64,000 nucleotides of DNA from Acidimicrobiales bacterium (GCA_965220035.1 CBDCPC010000001.1:1539719-1603718), one strand, 5' to 3'. Counted from the first letter of the stretch, positions 44,453 through 53,446 are shown. The notes: generated from the sequence alone by a model not told the origin. Translations and numbers: made by a program.

Positions 44453-45913
44453 CTAGAGCCGGAGTGGCTGGTTGACGGTGGAATCCGTGCCACCACGGTG
44501 ACTGTGCGCGGCGTCGTTGCCGCGGCGATGGCCGGCGGTCGGGGGACGGTGGGGGTGGCGGAGGGTGCGTTTGCCGTCGACCGCTGTCTCGATACCGGCG
44601 CCCTTGTTGTGGACCTCGTTGTGATGGCAGTCGCCGCAGAGCAGGCACAGGTTGTCGATGTCGGTGGGTCCGCCGTGTTCCCAGTAGACGACGTGGTGTG
44701 GCTCGCAGAAGTGGTGGCGGGTGCCGCAACCCACACAGCAACGATCTCGCACCGCCAGCACGAGTCGCTGAGCGGCGTTGGCGTCACGGCTGGCCCGCCC
44801 GAGCCACAGTGGCCGGCCCGCCGTGTCGAACAGAGCGGGCAGGACCTTGGCGCCGACGGCGAGCTTGACGAACTCGTCGGGTACCAGCGGCGTGCCGTCG
44901 ACGAGGTGGGCGCCGGCAAGCTGACCGGCGACCGCGTCGTAGTCGGCCACCACCACGACCGCCGTCGCCTGCGACCCCGACTCCCCGTTGGCGGTAGCGA
45001 GACGCTCGAGCGCGTCCGCGTAGCGCTGGGCGACTGTGGCGCGGTCGGCGGGATCCTCCTCGTGCCAGAGCTTCTTGAAGGTGGCGGCGAGAGCGGCTTC
45101 GATGCGGGAGCCGGCGACAGGATCGAACAGGCCGAACAGCTTGTACATGCCGTCGGACTGCTGTTTGATCGAGAGTTCGCGCCGGGCGCGCTGGCGGCGC
45201 CGGCGCTCTTGGAGATCCTCGCCGGCCGAGCGCTCGTTGACGTGGTCGCGCACGGTGTTGCCGAACACGTCGGTCGGCTGGCTCGCCGCGGCGTCGAGGA
45301 GTTCGGCCTCGTCGACGTCGGTGTGCTCGGCGGCGTCGGCGATGATCCGGGCATGCTGTGGCGTGATGTCGCCATCGGCCAGCGCCTGTGCCGTGCCGGC
45401 CAGGTCGGCGAGTTGCCCGGCGAGCTTCACATCGCGCTTGGCGGTGCCCCGGGACTGCCGCAACCGGTCGCGCACCGCCTCGGCCGCCTTGGCCTCGCCG
45501 TCCCGGCGCGCCAACTCGGCGACCGTCTCGGAGCGCACCGCCGCCAGGCCCGCCTCACAACGCCCCACCAGCCCCAACCGCTCCTCCAGGAGGTCACCGC
45601 CGAGCGAGCGCAAGCCCGCGACCAGAGCCTCAAACTGGCCGGCGATCCGACCCATGGCATCGTTGCCGACAGATCCCGGTGACGCCGCGGTCCGGACGCC
45701 GTCGGGGCCGGCGGTGCCCTTGCTCACACCCGGCTGACCGCTACCGTTGCTCGAAGGGGCGACCACGCCAACACCGTTGCCGGCGCAAGCGCTCTCTCGC
45801 GCACCCCGCCGGTCGCCGCCTCCCGAAGTGGCAACGACGCCGACACCGTTGCCGCCAAGGACGCTGCGGCTCGCGGCGCCGGGGGTGTCGCCAAAGAGAG
45901 TCGGATCGGTCAT
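44453..45913 (-). CDS. DUF222 / HNH endonuclease protein (actinobacterial 13E12-repeat-type)
   Basis: ATG at 45913 follows GAGGAG. The C-terminal HNH motif is CVGCG....HHVVYWEHGGPTDIDNLCLLCGDCHHNEVH. The central helical region is like DUF222. Confidence 0.85.
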   Translation of the reverse strand: MTDPTLFGDTPGAASRSVLGGNGVGVVATSGGGDRRGARESACAGNGVGVVAPSSNGSGQPGVSKGTAGPDGVRTAASPGSVGNDAMGRIAGQFEALVAGLRSLGGDLLEERLGLVGRCEAGLAAVRSETVAELARRDGEAKAAEAVRDRLRQSRGTAKRDVKLAGQLADLAGTAQALADGDITPQHARIIADAAEHTDVDEAELLDAAASQPTDVFGNTVRDHVNERSAGEDLQERRRRQRARRELSIKQQSDGMYKLFGLFDPVAGSRIEAALAATFKKLWHEEDPADRATVAQRYADALERLATANGESGSQATAVVVVADYDAVAGQLAGAHLVDGTPLVPDEFVKLAVGAKVLPALFDTAGRPLWLGRASRDANAAQRLVLAVRDRCCVGCGTRHHFCEPHHVVYWEHGGPTDIDNLCLLCGDCHHNEVHNKGAGIETAVDGKRTLRHPHRPPTAGHRRGNDAAHSHRGGTDSTVNQPLRL

Positions 45914-46297
45914 CGTGTGCTCCTCGCAGGAGTGTGTCGGCATGGACTTCGCGTCGGCGGGGCCGACAAGCCGGTTCGGGGAAGCCCAAATCTCCGCTGC
46001 GGCGAGGATCGATGACCGGTACGCAGTACTCTATCATGTGCCAGCCGAGCAAGCAACTATTGTTTGGGAAATATCGGAGAATTATTTGCATACATGGGTA
46101 TAACGAATCGACGGCGCGGTGGCCGACCACGAGCCGCTGACGGCGCGCAGATGGCCAAGGCCCCAGGGCGCACCTCGATCCGTCCCCGTCCCAAGATGTC
46201 GACCGATCGGAGACTCGGCCCGAGCGCCGCGGTGTGCCGCCGCGATCTGTGCGTGGGCTGAGCTATCCGCCGGGATTGCGAATCGGGCCACTGGATA

Positions 46298-46324
46298 GTG
46301 GGTCCCGGCCTCCGCCGGAACGAC
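46298..46324 (+). repeat. REP-like palindromic element, copy C
   Basis: Reads GTGGGTCCCGGCCTCCGCCGGAACGAC, with one stem mismatch. It lies 75 bp downstream of the stop of the 1107-aa ORF. Confidence 0.7.
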
Positions 46325-46398
46325 GGAGCGGGTGAGCGGAGAATGGACTCGGCAGCTTCCCGGCGGCGATCACCTGCAGCCGATCGGCGGGAGCAGGC

Positions 46399-49300
46399 TC
46401 ATCCCAGCGTCGTGTGGCCGGGCCTCGGCTTCCGTGGAACCGCCGGCGCCTTCTTGGCTCCGGAAGGGACCGGAAGAACCTCGGCGGCCGTGAGGTCCTC
46501 AACGGTGACCTGCGGTCCGTCGAGGATCGCCGTCAGCAGTTCCCCCTGTTCCGGCTCCAGAGCCACGAGAGCGGTCAGTGCGTTGAGGATGTCGAGCAAC
46601 TCGCTGTCCCACTCGGGGCGCCAACCGGCCGGGGTGATCGACTCCAGGGAGTCCGGGTCCTGCGTTCCCTTGCCCGCCTTGCGATAGTTGAACCAGGATC
46701 TGATGACGTTCGTGCCTGAGACTTCGTAGTCGTGGACCTCCGGGGCGACGTTCTCGAACACGCCGTTACCGATGTGGAGTTCCCGCCGCTCGGAGTCATA
46801 AGCGAGCGCCCGGTTGAGGGTCCCCTCTCCGGTTTCAGAGCGCGACAGTGGTCGGTCGTCGACGCGAATCTGGCCGGCCGGGCGACCGTTGCTGACGTCG
46901 ACGTAGCGCTCGCCGAAGGTGTGTGCCCAGATCACTCGCCGCCCGCCCCCGACGGCCATCGACCAGTAGTCGACGTCGGCGGTCAGGGGTATTCGAAGGC
47001 CCGGTGTGTGGGGAGAGACATCGTTGAACCAGGCTGTGTACGCGGAGTGAGCACACACGGCGGCGACGTAGGCGAGCAGGTCCTCCGGTGTCACGTTTGT
47101 GCCGAACAGTCCACCGAGATGGCCGAGCAACCCGGGCGTGATGTTCGAGGAGGTGGCGGCGCTGTCCCGCCAGAGTGGAAACGCGCGCCCTCCACGCCCG
47201 TGATAGTGATGCAGGCCGGGTAGCAGGTGAGTGAACGTGACCGCCGGTCCGTTTGTCGGGTGATCGTCCTCGATGCAGGTGAGGTGAATCTGGTGGTCGC
47301 TGCGTGCCTCCCACAACGACGGCCGGGCCCTATCGAGAACCCGAATGTCGGGAATGATCCTCTGGCGGTCGAACGACCGCCAAGCCAGGTGGATAGGGCT
47401 TGGGCAAGGATTCGTTTCACGCGAGATCGGCCTCCCCGCCGCCTCGTCGGGCCAGCCGCGAACGTTGGTCTTGGATCCCCGATCAATCGTGCGGCTGTCG
47501 GTCTCGTTGAAGAGCACTTTCTTTCGCTCTAGGTCCGACTCCGCGATGAGTTCGTTCCAGCGCCGCTCGAGAGTGTCGGAGTCCGGCGAGGTCGGCCAGC
47601 CGCGGTTGGCCAGGACCCCCGGTGAGGACCATGGCAGCAGATCGTGGATGGACGGGCAGGTGCGCCAGATATGCTGTCCTGCAGGTTTGAAGGACTCGCG
47701 CCACTCGCTGGGGCATTCGGTCCACGCCTTGGGCGAGTCGTCAGTGATTCCGATGGCCGCCAACTCGGCGAACTTGGCGGCTCGGTTGCCGGGCGCGATC
47801 TCGCGGAATCTCACTGTTGCGGCTGACTCGTCGGTGTTGAGCGAGCGGACGGCGCAGACGACGGCGATTTCGTGCTGGACCTGCTCGAACATCCGCGTTG
47901 GCACGTCGGGCTGGTGGCCTTCGGGGGAAAGCGACACCACCCAGATCTCCGAGCACCAGTGCCGTAACCAGGAACGCATTCCCTGGAACCCGTCGCCGCT
48001 AAGCCATGCCGCGGTCGTGACGAAACAGACGATGCCGGGTGACTCGCCACCGTTGTTGCCGGAGTTCTCGAGCACCTTCCAAGTCGCCCAGCGCCAGAAG
48101 TACACGAGCAGGTTAGACATGTTGAACACGTGCGCACCGACGTCCCAGTCGGCTGGTGGCTTCCAGTCGTCAAGGATCGATGGCTCTTTCGTGTCCGGCT
48201 TGCCGTGCTCGACCCAGCCGCCGAGTCCCTTGGCCCGCTCGCGGTATGGGGGGTTGCCGATGGCGACCATGACGGGCGTGTACTTCTTGAGTTCGTTGGC
48301 GGCGCGCCGCTCCCGGCTGATCGGTTCGTAGATCGATCCCAGGTGCTCCTCTTCGGCGTACGGGTTCGCCAGCGTGTCCGCCAGCAGCACCCGCGGCGCG
48401 TTGCCCACCCCGTGGCGGCGGAACCTGGCGCCCGTGCGGAACTGGGCCACGCTGTAGGGGCCGGTCTGCAACTCGAAGCCGACGAGTCGGCCCGCGGCGT
48501 TCCTCAGCGCACCCGCGACCGCGCCGATCCCATCGCGCTCCTCGACTGTGGAGGCAATCCGGTCGATGACGTGGAGCAGGAAGGTTCCGGTCCCGACAGC
48601 CGGGTCGATCACGGTCACCACCTCGTCGGCGAATCCCGAGGGTTTGCCGAGCCGCGAGACGAGCACCTCGTCGACGAGCCGCACCATGAACTTCACGAGT
48701 TCAGCAGGCGTGTAATAGGAGCCCGACTCCTTGCGCAGTTCGGGGTCGTACTGGGCGAGGAAGTCCTCGTAGAAGTAGAGCCAGTCACCCGCGTCGTTCA
48801 ACAAGGCCGGGTCCGTGGCGGCGAGCAGCGAGAGCAGCGATTCCACCGCTGGCTCGATGTGTCCGATGGCGCTCTCTGAGCACAGCACTCTGAGGGTGGT
48901 CGGTATGAGGCCGACGTCGGCATCCAGTGCCCTCGTCGCCTGCGCCACCCGCTCAGCGACACTCTCGCCGGCGGTGAGCCCGGCGCCAGCGGCACGCGCG
49001 GCGATCAACCCGAACGTGATGGTCTGCGCGTAGGCGTCGGCGAACTCCGCATCGGTCGCCTCTGGAAAGAGCAGCGACCGCCAGTCCTCGGCAACGGCGG
49101 CGAGTCCGCCCGATCCGCCGGTTTCGAGTGTGTGAAGGATCTGGTTGCGCAGGACCCGGCAGAGTCGAGCCGTCGTCCGGGCAAGCTCCTGAGCCGTCGT
49201 CGGGGGGCGCGGGGCGTTGGCGCAGAACGCATCGAGCAGGTTCACCAGATCGCCCGCATCGATCCGGGCACCGGCGGTACCCTTACCCGGCGCCGTCCAA

Positions 49301-49722
49301 GCCGTCGCCCGGGCGACCTGCTGATCGTCCTGCCAGAGAATCCAATCGATCCCATCGGTGTAGAGCAGATTCGGCAGGTGACGCAGCTGCTGCCACTGAT
49401 CCAAGTTGTGGCCTGTGAACCCATCCGGATCAACGCCGGCGCCGGGTGCCTTGAGTTCGATGTGACCGGTGATCAGGCCGTCCCGGGTCACGGTGTAGTC
49501 AGGGCGGGCACCCGCGACCGCCCCGGAAATCTCCCCGGCAAGCACGAACTTCGGATAGCCGAGGTCCTCCGCAACCGAGCTGACCAGTACCTCAATCGGC
49601 CGACGCAGGTGGTCCTCGAGCGCAGTTCCGTTGTTGGCCCGCGCCAGCGCAGCGACGTGTAACCGAAGGTCCGTGTACAGACGCTCCGCCGTCTGGACAG
49701 CCGCCGGCGCTTCAGAAGTCAC
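46399..49722 (-). CDS. Fused PD-(D/E)xK nuclease-like domain + gamma-class N6-adenine DNA methyltransferase + large C-terminal specificity-like region (Type IIG / Type ISP-like, without a helicase module)
   Basis: A 1107-aa ORF with a GTG start. The N-terminus carries ARPDYTVTRDGLITGHIELK (PD...ExK). The AdoMet motif VIDPAVGTGTFLL precedes the catalytic IGNPPY. A further ~550 aa follow. I found no Walker A or helicase motifs by eye. Confidence 0.8.
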   Translation of the reverse strand: MTSEAPAAVQTAERLYTDLRLHVAALARANNGTALEDHLRRPIEVLVSSVAEDLGYPKFVLAGEISGAVAGARPDYTVTRDGLITGHIELKAPGAGVDPDGFTGHNLDQWQQLRHLPNLLYTDGIDWILWQDDQQVARATAWTAPGKGTAGARIDAGDLVNLLDAFCANAPRPPTTAQELARTTARLCRVLRNQILHTLETGGSGGLAAVAEDWRSLLFPEATDAEFADAYAQTITFGLIAARAAGAGLTAGESVAERVAQATRALDADVGLIPTTLRVLCSESAIGHIEPAVESLLSLLAATDPALLNDAGDWLYFYEDFLAQYDPELRKESGSYYTPAELVKFMVRLVDEVLVSRLGKPSGFADEVVTVIDPAVGTGTFLLHVIDRIASTVEERDGIGAVAGALRNAAGRLVGFELQTGPYSVAQFRTGARFRRHGVGNAPRVLLADTLANPYAEEEHLGSIYEPISRERRAANELKKYTPVMVAIGNPPYRERAKGLGGWVEHGKPDTKEPSILDDWKPPADWDVGAHVFNMSNLLVYFWRWATWKVLENSGNNGGESPGIVCFVTTAAWLSGDGFQGMRSWLRHWCSEIWVVSLSPEGHQPDVPTRMFEQVQHEIAVVCAVRSLNTDESAATVRFREIAPGNRAAKFAELAAIGITDDSPKAWTECPSEWRESFKPAGQHIWRTCPSIHDLLPWSSPGVLANRGWPTSPDSDTLERRWNELIAESDLERKKVLFNETDSRTIDRGSKTNVRGWPDEAAGRPISRETNPCPSPIHLAWRSFDRQRIIPDIRVLDRARPSLWEARSDHQIHLTCIEDDHPTNGPAVTFTHLLPGLHHYHGRGGRAFPLWRDSAATSSNITPGLLGHLGGLFGTNVTPEDLLAYVAAVCAHSAYTAWFNDVSPHTPGLRIPLTADVDYWSMAVGGGRRVIWAHTFGERYVDVSNGRPAGQIRVDDRPLSRSETGEGTLNRALAYDSERRELHIGNGVFENVAPEVHDYEVSGTNVIRSWFNYRKAGKGTQDPDSLESITPAGWRPEWDSELLDILNALTALVALEPEQGELLTAILDGPQVTVEDLTAAEVLPVPSGAKKAPAVPRKPRPGHTTLG

Positions 49723-50986
49723 GGTTTCAACGCTGTCAGGGGTATCACTGCCACCCCGTCATCCGCCTGGTAGCCGTGGCCGAAGGCGGTGACCACGATG
49801 AGGCGAGCCGGCCGGCCTCGGCGTGCGGTATCCACCCGTGCGCGCACGGCGCGCAACGACTCCATCGCCTTGGTGATAGCCGACCCTCCGCCGAGTTTGA
49901 TCTCCACCGCCGCCCATTCGCCGTCGATGCCGTCGATGATGACATCTGCCTCCAAGCCGCTCTCGTCGCCGTAGTAGTACAGCTGCGCGCCGAGGGACTG
50001 TGCGTAGATGCGGAGATCGCGCACCGCCATCGACTCGAATAGCAGCCCCATCGTCGCCAGGTCTCCCGCGATGGCCGACGGTGACCCACGTAGGCCGGCC
50101 ACCGCGAGCGCGGGGTCGGTGAAGTATCGCTTGGGAGTCCTGCGAAGACGGGAGGCTGACCGCAGATGAGTCGACCATGCCGGCAGCGGCTCGATCACGA
50201 ATAGGCGGGCCAGCTCGTCCATGTAGGCCCGTATCGTCGAGCGGGCGGGCGGTCCGCTGCCTCCGTCGTCGAGATCGGTAAGCAACGTGGCATTGGTCGC
50301 GGTGGTTGCCTCGTTGCGGGCAAGAGATTCAAGCAGCCTTGTCACCAGCCGGGGATTGCGTCGGATCCCCGACACCCTCGCGATGTCGATGCGGGCGATG
50401 TCGCCGAGATAGTCCCGTAGGCGCGCCTGAGCGACGCGCGGCTGCATCCCGACCATTCGGGGCCACCCTCCTCGGCAGATGAGGGCCGCAATATCGCCGA
50501 TTGTGCGCTTGGCGTCCGTCGCTCGGCAGCGGCCACCTGCCATCAGTGAGGTGAGGGACCCTCCCCGGCCGAGTCCCCTGACTCCCACAGCGACATCGGC
50601 CGCATCCGCACTCGCGCGACCCGGCCGGCGCCGGAGTGCTCGGTGATGTCGTCCGGGGGATTCTGGGATCCGGTGAGTATGAAGTGCCCGAATCCGCCGC
50701 GCTGGTCGCAGGCGTGGCGCATCGGGTTCCATATGCCGCGAACCAGTTGCCACTCGTCGAGCAGCCGCGGCTCGGGCCCCTGCAATATGGACGCAGGGTC
50801 CACCTCGGCGGCGACGCGCAGAGCCTCACTCCCGTCCAGCACCACCTCGCCGGCGGCGAACTTCCGCCCCGTCCAGGTCTTGCCACAGCCTCGCGGGCCC
50901 TCGATGAGAACGGCCGGGGCCGAGGCGAGCGCCTCGGCGACCTCGTCGTCAACCACACGAGCCAGATAGTCGGTGTCGTTGGGCAC
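49719..50986 (-). pseudogene. AAA_14/DUF4143-family ATPase with a nuclease-like C-terminus, with the reading frame broken once
   Basis: The N-terminal 147 aa (ORF 50543..50986) carry Walker A GPRGCGKT and Walker B-like LLDEWQ. The rest (..SLTSLMAGG...GGWP...EADVIIDGIDGEWAAVEIK...) lies in the frame of ORF 49719..50753. The frames switch at about 50556..50575. The stop overlaps the GTG of the downstream 1107-aa ORF (GTGA). Confidence 0.75.
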
Positions 50987-51061
50987 GTGCCCCCGTTCAG
51001 AGCCTTCCGTGTCTTCTCAATGTGCTCGCGCTGTACCCGAACTGTACCACTCGGCGATAGC

Positions 51062-51199
51062 TACACTCCATTCTTCGGAGGATTTAGACTCCATTCTACG
51101 GTGATATGAAACTCCATATTCCGACAATCGTGAACGCCGTATTGCGGAGACTTGAGACTTCACTCTCCGACAACAGGGGACTTCCATTTTGCGACTGTT
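51062..51199 (+). repeat. Array of six contiguous, phased 23-bp direct repeats (iteron-like)
   Basis: Units start at 51062, 51085, 51108, 51131, 51154 and 51177. They read tacACTCCATTCTTCGGaggatt / tagACTCCATTCTACGGtgatat / gaaACTCCATATTCCGAcaatcg / tgaACGCCGTATTGCGGagactt / gagACTTCACTCTCCGAcaacag / gggACTTCCATTTTGCGActgtt. Positions 4, 5, 8, 13, 15 and 16 are invariant. The region has locally low GC. Confidence 0.7.
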
Positions 51200-51233
51200 C
51201 ATGTGGTTCCGCCGACCTAACACGTCAACGGGT

Positions 51234-51260
51234 ATGGATTCCGGCCTACGCCGGAATGAC
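51234..51260 (+). repeat. REP-like palindromic element, copy D
   Basis: Reads ATGGATTCCGGCCTACGCCGGAATGAC, 85 bp downstream of the P450 stop. Confidence 0.75.
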
Positions 51261-51344
51261 CATCAGGGGCGGAGGGGCGGGACCGGAGAGTGCGGACGGG
51301 GGCCGGCGCATCGCCGGGGCTCAGTGAGCGGCGACAGTTGCGCG

Positions 51345-52601
51345 TCAAGCCAGGGCGCAGGGTAGGTGCTTGATGCCGTTGATGAAGTTGGAGCGGAGAC
51401 GTTCGGGTTCGGCGGTGGCGCGGATCTGCGGGAAACGCTTCAGCAACTCACGGAACATCACGCCGATCTCCCGCCGGGCCAGGTGGGCGCCCATGCAGAA
51501 GTGCGGGCCGGGGCCGCCGAAGCCGATGTGGTTGTTGGGACTGCGACGCAGGTCGAAGCGCTGCGGGTCATCGAACACATCCTCGTCGCGATTGGCCGAG
51601 TAGTACCACAGGACGACCTTGTCGCCTGCGGAGAACTCGTGACCACCGAGGGTGGTGCCGTCGGTGGTGACCGTACGGCGGAATTGGATCACCGGCGTTG
51701 CCCAGCGCACGATCTCCTCCACCGCCGTCGGAGTGACGGCGTCAAGATCATCCAGCCAGATGCGGCGCTGCTCGGGGTGGTCGGTGAGTGCCCAGAGTCC
51801 GTGGCTGACGGCGTTGCGGGTGGTCTCGTTGCCCGCCGTGCACAGCAGGATGAAGAACGAGGCCAGTTCGGCGTGGCTGAGGCGTTCCCCGTCGACCTCG
51901 GCGTGCACGAGCGCGGAGGTGATGTCGTCGGCAGGTTCGGCTAGCCGGGCCGTGGCCAACTCGGTCATCATGGCGGCCAGCGTGCCGCCCGCCGTCAGGA
52001 TGGCCTCCAGCAGGTTTGCGCCCGGCGGCACGTACTCCGGGTCGTTCGGCCCGAGGATGATGTTGGTGTTGTCGAGAACCTCCGCGTGCAGGCTCTCGGG
52101 GACGCCCATCATGTCGCAGATGATCCGCAGGGGCAGGCGGGCGGCCACCTCCGTGACGAAGTCGCACTCGCCCTGCGCTGCCATGTCGTCGACGATCTCG
52201 GCGGCGACCAGCTCGACCTGGTCCTCGACCCGGGCGAGGGTGCGGGGCGTGAACCCCCGCGACACCAGCCCGCGGAGGCGGGCATGGCGGGGATCGTCCA
52301 TGTGCAGCATCGAGCCGAAGTACTCGTTGAACTCGATCGGGAGGTCGGCGATCGAGGCGCCGCGGCCCGAACGGAAGAGGTCGGCCCGCCGGCTGGCCTC
52401 GACGACGTCGGTGTGTCGTGTGAGCGCCCAGTAGCCCGGCCCGGCGGGGAAGGCCTCCTCGCCGTCGAGGTAGTAGGCGCGTTCGGTGAAGAAGCGGATG
52501 GGGTCCTCGGCGCGCAACCGCGCGAACCCCTCCTGGCGTTGCGCCTCCGGAAGCGCCCAGAACCTGCCGGAACTGTTCAGGTCGATCTCGTCCAGTTCCA
52601 C
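51345..52601 (-). CDS. Cytochrome P450 monooxygenase
   Basis: The heme-thiolate loop is FGGPGPHFCMGAHLA, with an EXXR motif (EEIVRW) and an I-helix CTAGNETT. The preferred start is GTG 52601, 5 nt after GGAGGAGG. The track start is 52652. Confidence 0.9.
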   Translation of the reverse strand: MELDEIDLNSSGRFWALPEAQRQEGFARLRAEDPIRFFTERAYYLDGEEAFPAGPGYWALTRHTDVVEASRRADLFRSGRGASIADLPIEFNEYFGSMLHMDDPRHARLRGLVSRGFTPRTLARVEDQVELVAAEIVDDMAAQGECDFVTEVAARLPLRIICDMMGVPESLHAEVLDNTNIILGPNDPEYVPPGANLLEAILTAGGTLAAMMTELATARLAEPADDITSALVHAEVDGERLSHAELASFFILLCTAGNETTRNAVSHGLWALTDHPEQRRIWLDDLDAVTPTAVEEIVRWATPVIQFRRTVTTDGTTLGGHEFSAGDKVVLWYYSANRDEDVFDDPQRFDLRRSPNNHIGFGGPGPHFCMGAHLARREIGVMFRELLKRFPQIRATAEPERLRSNFINGIKHLPCALA

Positions 52602-52681
52602 ACCCGCCTCCTCCGATGTGACCCGACGTCGGGATCCGCGTCCTGCGTGCACTCAAGTGTGCCCCAAGCGGGGCGGTCTGT

Positions 52682-53062
52682 TCAGCCGGTGCGGCCGATG
52701 CGGGCGCTGAGAACGTCCCGGAGGCTCACGATGCCGAGCAGCCCCGTGCTGTCGACCACGGGGAGGTGGCGGAACCCCCCGGAGAGCATCATCTCCGCCG
52801 CCTCCTCGGTATCGATCTCGGGGGTGCAGGTTATGGGCTCGGGGGTCATCCAGCGGTCGATCGGGTCGCTGGACATGTCCGTGGCCTTGCCGGCGGCCCG
52901 CAGCACGTCGCGCTCGGTGAGGATGCCGCTCAGCATGCTGCCGTCCACGACGAGCACCGACCCGATGTGGCGCCGCACCATGAGCCGGGCGGCCTCCGCC
53001 ATCGGCGTGGAGCCCGGCAGGATCACCACCTGGGTGCTCATGACCTGGCGCAACGCAGCCAT
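52682..53062 (-). CDS. CBS-domain pair protein
   Basis: A 126-aa ORF with two CBS repeats (..HIGSVLVVDGSMLSGILTERDVLRA.. and ..FRHLPVVDSTGLLGIVSLRDVL..). Confidence 0.85.
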   Translation of the reverse strand: MAALRQVMSTQVVILPGSTPMAEAARLMVRRHIGSVLVVDGSMLSGILTERDVLRAAGKATDMSSDPIDRWMTPEPITCTPEIDTEEAAEMMLSGGFRHLPVVDSTGLLGIVSLRDVLSARIGRTG

Positions 53063-53063
53063 G

Positions 53064-53306
53064 TCAGCCCGAGCCGCCGGTCTCGTCGTAGCCGCTGCCG
53101 TCGCCCGGCTGTGAGGGAGTGTCGAGATCCTGGTTGAGGCGACGCCAGAGTGCTCCGGCCCATCCCACGGTGTGGGGCCACTCGCGCCAGAACGACTGCA
53201 GCGTGGCGGCGTCGATCTCGTCGACGGCCTCCTCCGGTGTGACCTCCCGCGCCAACTCCTCCAGCAGGCTCATGGCATCGAGCAGCTTCTCGGACGGGTC
53301 GGTCAT
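53064..53306 (-). CDS. Small acidic hypothetical protein (80 aa)
   Basis: ATG at 53306 follows AGGAGG. The stop lies 1 nt before the CBS gene start. No family was recognised. Confidence 0.55.
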   Translation of the reverse strand: MTDPSEKLLDAMSLLEELAREVTPEEAVDEIDAATLQSFWREWPHTVGWAGALWRRLNQDLDTPSQPGDGSGYDETGGSG

Positions 53307-53446
53307 CGGTGGCCTCCTGTGGAAAGTCTGCCACATGTCCCCCACGACGGAAATGTCGCGCCGGTGAGAACGGAGCGACGCCGGAGTGACGTGCCCGGGG
53401 AGTGTGCGGGACAGGCAGCGGCAGTCGCCGGCTGATCTGCTGGACC

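Noticed and set aside
46399-49722. Alternative labels for the 1107-aa methyltransferase: BREX PglX, a Type I HsdM/HsdS fusion, or a full Type ISP enzyme.
   Set aside because: No PglZ, BrxC, BrxL, HsdR or HsdS genes are nearby, and I see no helicase or ATPase motifs inside the ORF. Only the generic description (nuclease-like + gamma-class N6A methyltransferase + TRD) is supported without profile searches.
51062-51199. I considered whether the 23-bp repeat array is a CRISPR array.
   Set aside because: The repeats are contiguous with no spacers and are degenerate rather than identical. There are no cas genes and no leader-like organisation.
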